Shown in pieces: positions 56,788 through 64,000 of a stretch of 64,000 bases of DNA. Made by a program: the position numbers and the translations under genes. Origin of the DNA: Octopus vulgaris. Lineage: Eukaryota. How positions within the stretch are numbered: position 1 is the first letter of the stretch; each line of letters starts with the position of its first letter. The stretch spans positions 15,314,001 through 15,378,000 of the forward strand of contig OX597826.1 of NCBI GenBank assembly GCA_951406725.2, given 5' to 3'. A model generated the notes under the pieces. That model saw nothing but the letters and a program-made list of their open reading frames with translations. It made no database searches and was not told where the DNA came from.

Positions 56788-58931
56788 AGTATTTCATCTG
56801 ACGTTATTTTACAATATACTTTCCTTCACTTCATACAGCACCGCTCTATTACTGATAACACAGCGCTTCACTGCTTCATACCATTAACAATTAGCACAAA
56901 TTCATCTTTTGAACACAATTAAGACTAGTTGCATTAAACTTGAATTCTTCGTTGGGTACACAGTTCCGAAACATTCACCAATAAAGCCATGTCAATCTTG
57001 TAAACATTCAACAATTTACAGAGAGACTCATTTCTTGCACCAAGTAAACAGTCTAGTACTTCGACCTCTCTATCGACGACACACTATTAAAATCCTCGAT
57101 CTTGTTATAAATACTAGGCCAGGTGGTCTCCCTGGGCGATCATAAGTTCATAAGGAGCAAAAACGGCATCTCAAAGACCAGCTTAATCTTCAGTGGGGGA
57201 AATTACTTCAGTTCCAAATAATTTTATAACTCTTTCCATAAATGAAGTGAGATACTTATTCGATAATTATTCCAAAATTTGGATGAAACTATTCCTATAT
57301 ACAAATGTATAGAACATATTCGAAAGAAAGCCATTCAATTGATTAGCAAATATATACTCATCAACACATCAAGCTCGATGTAACACGAGTCCTTATCTGC
57401 ACGGCGCTCTTCCTACCGACTCAAAAACGACTCCTCTCCTAGGAAGTAGCTTATTGTGTACAATCACCGCCACATAAACCTAATCTCTTTCTTTTGATAC
57501 AGATGTGTGTTTTTCCAGTTTTGCTCTAACCGGTTTCCCAAATCCTATATTCGAAGAATGTCAGCTCACAATAATTTCTTTTCATGCAATGTTTTCTTAT
57601 GTAGTGACTGACTATTCAAGATGAATGTTACCACCAGCACGCTCAAAGATTTTTGGAAGCAATCAAAGGTTCTGGGCGTATAAAAGTTAATCATTATTAA
57701 TTGTTATTTCTTTTTACACCGATAAAAATTAAATTGAATTTTAATTGTCTGAGGAACAATTGTCTTTATTTGATCGATCCTCAAGGAATTTAAGTTGAAT
57801 ACAAGGAAACGAACGATAAATGTGTTCAACTGGTGTGGTCACTCGTCTGATGTTATCTAAGTATAAAAAGTACTATCGTCTTGTTTACTAAACGCCATTG
57901 GGCATCTATTTTAGAGGAGAAACAAGGAGAAATATGAAGTTTATGTTTCATTAAGAAATTATCTGCGCAAGAGAATGAAATAAGTGGAATTTAATTTGTG
58001 CTTGAAATTGTATCTGTTTCGCTGCATGTCAAGGGTACACCATTACGCCATGTGCTACAATCCACATCACCTTATTGACATCTTACACAAACAGACAATA
58101 TGGAATCATAGGGATATCAAATGGAGAACAATCAGTTACATTGCGAAGATGAATAAAAAAACTATTTCGTTGCATTCCATAGAAGCATTCTCAGGTTATC
58201 GAAATGGAGCCGTAATTTTATCCGTAAGGAAGTCATGATCACAGGACAATTTCTCCACAGAATCTAAATAATATTCTCAAACATTTATATTAAATTTCAG
58301 ACTGTTCTTTGTTTCTTTCTATTTAGTTTACTTTCAGAAACAAAATACAACATTTAAACATTTTATACTATAGAAAGTGATATACAGGAATCTGTTTGAA
58401 ATCCTAGATATTAGATTTTGTTTCATATAGATTCTCTATACATTTAAAGAAATGTATCACTCCAAACAAATTACTTCTATTTTCTTAGTGAAAACAGTAA
58501 CAATGGTGGAATATTCACGCCTCATAGGAGATCAGAATTTCGGAAATCAATTAATTCTATGGCTTTCCTTCTCTTATCACAGCGCCAAATTGTCTGAATT
58601 CTCTGTTTAATGCTATGTAGTTTAAAACGGCTGCTGCCTTCAGGAATATAATCATGTGTCCTTTTTAAATAACAAACTAACTTCTACTTATAGTTCGCCT
58701 TTTTAATCAGAGAGTGGCAAAACAGTCAGGGTCTATCATTCGAAATTCTGAAGTGTCAAAATTGCCGAAAGGCCAAGCTATCATCACTAATTTATCAAAA
58801 GTAATCCTATCCAAGATATAATATCATATCTCTAAATAAAACACCGAACTTTTTTGACTACATGTGTTTCGTGGAATGAAGTGCTCAACCAATATGCGGG
58901 CTTGTGAGTAATAACAAGGATAATAATAATA

Positions 58932-59483
58932 AATGCTCTGATGCAGTACTAGACAATGGCTCTCATGGCTGCTGATCTTAACTGATTGGAAGAGTTATCA
59001 TGTACATTGCTTTGTCTTGGTATAAAAGATGGGCTACAGCAAATATTCTGCTCTATACCACAGATTTGCTTGTCAGTTGTTTGACCTTAACAGGTTGAGC
59101 TTGACACTTAATAGCTGACGATATGTACATCTCTGATCACGAGCAGAAGTAGTGTGGGAGCATCATAGCCATGTGTTGAGAGGGATTTTTAGAGGTTTGG
59201 ATACTTCATCTCAGAAATCATGAATGTTTCGTTCAACATCCTTAAACAATCCTTATTCAGGGACCTTTTGATCGGTATGGGCTACGCAACCTGAAGAAAA
59301 TACTAACTGGGCTTCACCTGCAATGCTATGTGCTGTTTATTTTGATACGAGATTACCATGTCGCACATATGTGGTTGTGATGCACGTGCCTGGTGTACCC
59401 TTATCAGATGAGAGATCATGATGGATATACTGGGCTTCGTATGTTTTACCTTAGTGTCGCTTTGGTGGCATGCATTGCTTTCT
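58932..59483. mobile_element. Family D element
   Basis: Colinear with 7935-8529. Preceded by (AAT)n. Confidence 0.88.
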
Positions 59484-60390
59484 GAAATATATGCATTCAA
59501 AGAACCAAGAAACAGACCCGTCTCCTATTGTCACCGTCAATTCTTTAATGACAAACCAAAACTTGTAGGGCTGCTAACAACTGTTAAAGAGTTCAACAAT
59601 GGCAGCGGGATTGATTTTGGCCACGATAGGTGTGCTAATGAAACTTTTGTAAGAGGCAAGGTCAGCTAAACTGCTTTCATTAAATTAGATACCGACGTTA
59701 CCATCAAGTTGCTTGACTCACAAGAAAATTATAGATACCTAGCTACTATGAAATACCTAAAGAGAGCTAATAGTTATAAATACAGTATTACATTGGAAAA
59801 ATATAAACATTACAGAATCAGTACCCCTGCTTACTGGTATGAACATTATACACTGCTTGCTGATAGTATTTGCAGTCCCTTCTGGTCAAAATATTGTCCA
59901 AAATAGAGTGGAAAAATTGTCGAAGTACTAAGACATCGAAATTGAAGTAATCACGATGTGTGGCTTGAATGGGGATACCTACAATAATTGGAGTATTGGG
60001 TATGATAAAAAAAACAAAGAAGCTATACCTGGATCCTCAAAACTACACACTATACAAAATTGTAGCCCTGCTAGGATCAGCTAACATCCTGCACATGATA
60101 CTATTAATACACCAATGCAACATAAACAAAACAACCCACAAACACAAGTCACACTCCATACGGCAATTATCCAGTGAAATAAACTTCCACCAGCAATCTA
60201 ATAACCAACGTATACAACAAAAGATAGCACCACACCTCAATAGAAACAAAGTAACGCAATGCAGTACTGGGAAGAGTTTGCACACTCCCAACAACAGAAA
60301 AGAACACCCAATGCTGCACACAGCCCAGCAAAATGGAGGTGAAGCAGGTGATGCAATAGAAATTAACCTCGAACTCCTAAATCTTGAACT
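59484..60390 (+). mobile_element. Decayed, internally deleted R4/Dong-like LINE
   Basis: EFNNGSGIDFGHDRCA (compare FS.DIGMEFGLDKCA), YRYL, KLSKY*DIEIE, PTIIGVLGMI, KIVALLGSANILH. 3' UTR followed by (AAT)n. Confidence 0.75.
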
Positions 60391-60394
60391 ATTA

Positions 60395-60465
<71 letters not shown>

Positions 60466-60475
60466 TAATTGTAAT

Positions 60476-61007
60476 AATGCTAGTGACTCATGGCTTCTGA
60501 TCTTAACTGACTGGAAGTGTTGTCACGTACATGTTTTGTTTTGGTGTAAAATATGGGCTACAGCAAATATTTTGCTCAATACCACATATTTGCTTGTCAG
60601 TTGTTTGACCTTAACCAGTTGAGCAAGTCCCTTGGCGGGTGTCAATATGTGAATCTCTGATCACGGGCAAAAGTAGCGGGGGAGCATCATAGCCACATAG
60701 TGAGAGGAATTCTTTGGGGTTTGAATAATTAATCTCTGGAAACACGGGTGGGTCGTTCAATATCTTTAAACAACAGATTTTCAGTAATCTTTTTAGTAGG
60801 ATGGGCTACTGGACCTGAAGAAAATTCTAAGCCCCCACCTACATGGCCATGCGCTGTTTATCTTGATATGAGGTCAGTATGCTGCACACATAGCTGTTTT
60901 ACATGTACCTCGTGAACCCTTATAAGACAAGAAGCCATGATGGGTATTTTGGATTTCGTATACTTGTACTTCACAGTCACTTTGAGGGCGCATGTCCACT
61001 CTCACTG
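60476..61007. mobile_element. Family D element, older copy, flanked by (AAT)n
   Basis: Colinear with the other three copies but more diverged. Confidence 0.85.
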
Positions 61008-61975
61008 AATAATAATGATTTAATTCAAAAGTTTATACTCATCAGTTGCTCGGTCAAAATCGTTCAGCAACTGTTTTACTTCCGTAAAACGTCTTATTAA
61101 TTTACGAGCCAATAAGAGAACCTAAACAGAGTCAATGTGCCTGCGAGGCATTGCAATAACTAGTCTTTCAGATCAAATGTCACCATCTAGAACCAGAAAG
61201 AAAGCATTAAATAATGTAGTCCAATACAACTAAGAAAAATGAGACGGTCTCAGCTGGAAAGCCATTGACTTTAGGTCTGCCTTTGCAAACGAATAAAAGC
61301 AACATACGTCTCTCTTGTTTTAAATTCTATCCTGTAAGACGCATACTGCTGAAAAGTTTATCTGTTTCCTTTCATACCATATGAGAACATTACTGTCTTA
61401 AAAAGTATATATTATATATAGCTGACCCAGGAATATTGTGTCGAAAAACAAAACGATTGAATAGAATAATTATGGCTGGAAGGACATTGAAGAGAGGCCA
61501 GCTCAATCAGGACTAACTTGGACAGCAACAAAAACAATAATAATTCGAATTTCTGTCGTTTATATCGTTGTGCAGGGATGCATGGTAAGGTCGGCGGTGT
61601 AAAACTATACTCATTATGTTCTGAGTTTAACTCTCTCTGGGTCCTATTTTGAGCTTCATACATTTTTTTAGAAAAATTATTACTATGGGTTTATAATATA
61701 TAAAGACACATGAAGTCAGACATCATTCATGGAGGAATATTAACAGGAAATACATTCCATGCTTTCGTTAATTGGTTTTGGTGTCTTTATGCTGGAGAGC
61801 AGACATCGACGCACTCCCGACAGAGAGAGAGGGATAGATGAATAGATAGAGAGAGAGAGGGGGGAGAAGTAGAAAGAATGAGTAGAGAGAGAGGGGGAGA
61901 AGGAGAAACAATGAGTAGAGAGAGAAGAAAGAGAGAGGGGGAGAAGGAGAAAGAATGAGTAGAGAGAGAGAGAGA

Positions 61976-62010
<35 letters not shown>

Positions 62011-62520
62011 TGCTCCGACATTATTCGGATGGTACTCACTTTTATACGAGTTGACTGAAGTAACATGCAACAAAGTGTCTTTGTAAAGGATGCTACTTGC
62101 CGTTCGGTTCCGTAACTGAACGCTCGACCTTAATATCGTGAGCTAAGCATCATCTAGGCTACACACACACACACACATACACACACAAACAGATCTAATA
62201 AAAACGTTAATATCAATAAAGAAGACTCTTCAAAATACTACGAAATAGTTATTACTTAACACGAATGAGAATTGCAATAGAAACAACGTTAATCTTCCTT
62301 TATTAATGCTATCGATACATTCTATATTCCAAGGTGCATTAGTCGTGATATTTTACTGAAACATGATTTTTTTAATGCGATAATACGTTCTAAAAATGTG
62401 GCGCTAAAAATATGTTCAAACGCCATGTTTACGAACTAAAATATCAGTTATATGTTTTATTATATTTTCCCCCAAATACATTTTTTTACGTTTTCTTTCT
62501 GATAGAGGCAATGTTCAGAT

Positions 62521-62552
<32 letters not shown>

Positions 62553-62622
62553 TGTATGTATGTATGTATGTATGTATGTATGTATGTATGTATTTATGTA
62601 TGCATGTATGTATGTTCGTATG

Positions 62623-62676
<54 letters not shown>

Positions 62677-62788
62677 TACATATACATGGATACACATATA
62701 CACGTATGCATATGTGAATACATATATGTGTATATATATTTATATACATATATATGTTTATATATATATGTGTATATACATATACATG

Positions 62789-62830
<42 letters not shown>

Positions 62831-62890
62831 CATACATATATATAATATACATAGATGTGCATGTATATTTGTATATACACATAGATACAT
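62521..62890. repeat. (TATG)n/(TA)n low-complexity tract
   Basis: Direct inspection. Similar TA/TCTA/TG tracts occur throughout the window. Confidence 0.97.
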
Positions 62891-64000
62891 AAACGCACAA
62901 ATTGATACAATTTAGAAAGTGACCTCGAGTCAATAAACATCAAAGCAAGTTCTTCATATTCTGTGAAGCAATTAAGCAATTTTCCGAAGATTCAATTTCT
63001 ATTGACTGCCAGGAAATAATATCTAAGAATAAACAACAAAATTTTTTTTTTAGATATTCCGCTATTGCATTAATATATAGATTATATTTTTAACCAATTG
63101 TTGGTGATCTCTATAATATGTTAGGTCACTTTAGTTTTTATTCTCATCATTGGATAAACATTTCCTCCCAGACTTTAGCAAGTTTTGCTAAAGGTCCAGA
63201 GGAGGAAAGTCATGTAACTAACAATACAAATGAGACATTTTCGCAGAAATTTATATTTTGTCAATACATAAAGATAATGATACAAAGTTCTATGTGTATA
63301 TTATTAAGAAGGCAATATCATCAAGTCGGTTGATTAACTGGGTCAGCAGTTAATTCAGAACAAGAAAACGGGAAGTCATATTGTTCCTGTTGAATGCATT
63401 TGTTTCCACGGTCCTGGAGCATTGTTCGAAATTAGAGCGGTAAAAATATCTAATTACCACCATAACTCAGTGGTGTAATTCTGAAAGAAGTGATGCTCGC
63501 AATCTGAGGAGCATTTATGAAAGATATAAAGTGCTAAATGTTTTGGAGACTTTACATGTTCTACCAACAAAATATGCCACTCAAATTTATAACAATGTTG
63601 GAATATGCCGATAATGCGTAGCAGCGAAGGTTTTGATATCTCCATTTAGATCTTAGGTTTCAATATCTAATATAAATCTTTAAAAATGCTGGTGAAGTGA
63701 ATGGAGTTATATTTAAGAAAATTTGTCATCTTTTTACCAGAGATCCAAAGGGAGTCTACTTTAGAATAAGGAACAAAAATGTGGTCAGTAGCAAAAAAAT
63801 ATCCATTCAATAAAGTGAATAACACAAGTAGAAATATAGAAATAAAAAAACATTCGTAAACCCGCACGACAGCAGGGCCAAAGCCGAAAAGCAAGGACTA
63901 GTAAGAGAATAAAATGTTAGAAATTGAAGTTATAACATCACGTTAAATTGCGAAATTTCACAATTTCAATGAAGTACCAGCTAGAATGTTGTAGTGGTTA

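Overview
AT-rich, microsatellite-saturated eukaryotic DNA whose repeat families (tRNA-derived SINEs, R4/Dong-like LINEs, Penelope-like termini) suggest a coleoid cephalopod, probably Octopus; the organism is an inference. Nearly all ORFs in the supplied track are microsatellite or decayed-transposon artefacts. One real gene can be assembled on the minus strand from four coding exons: 41179-41293, 36581-36706, 17895-18137 and 11503-11681. They give 663 nt (221 codons) in frame, with intron phases 1,1,1,0. The product is a signal peptide plus the first part of the amino-terminal (LIVBP-like) domain of a divergent non-NMDA-type ionotropic glutamate receptor. One intron needs a GC donor. I found no further exon in 1-11502, so the gene probably continues beyond position 1. 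The introns and flanks contain SINEs, RLE-type LINE fragments sitting in (AAT)n, a ~600 bp non-coding element also in (AAT)n, Tc1/mariner, Tigger, hAT, Tx1 and RTE remnants. The most unusual signal is a set of Penelope-like terminal fragments carrying minimal type-I hammerhead ribozyme motifs, several folded into long inverted repeats, clustered around exon 3. TE boundaries are approximate unless a TSD or TIR is quoted.
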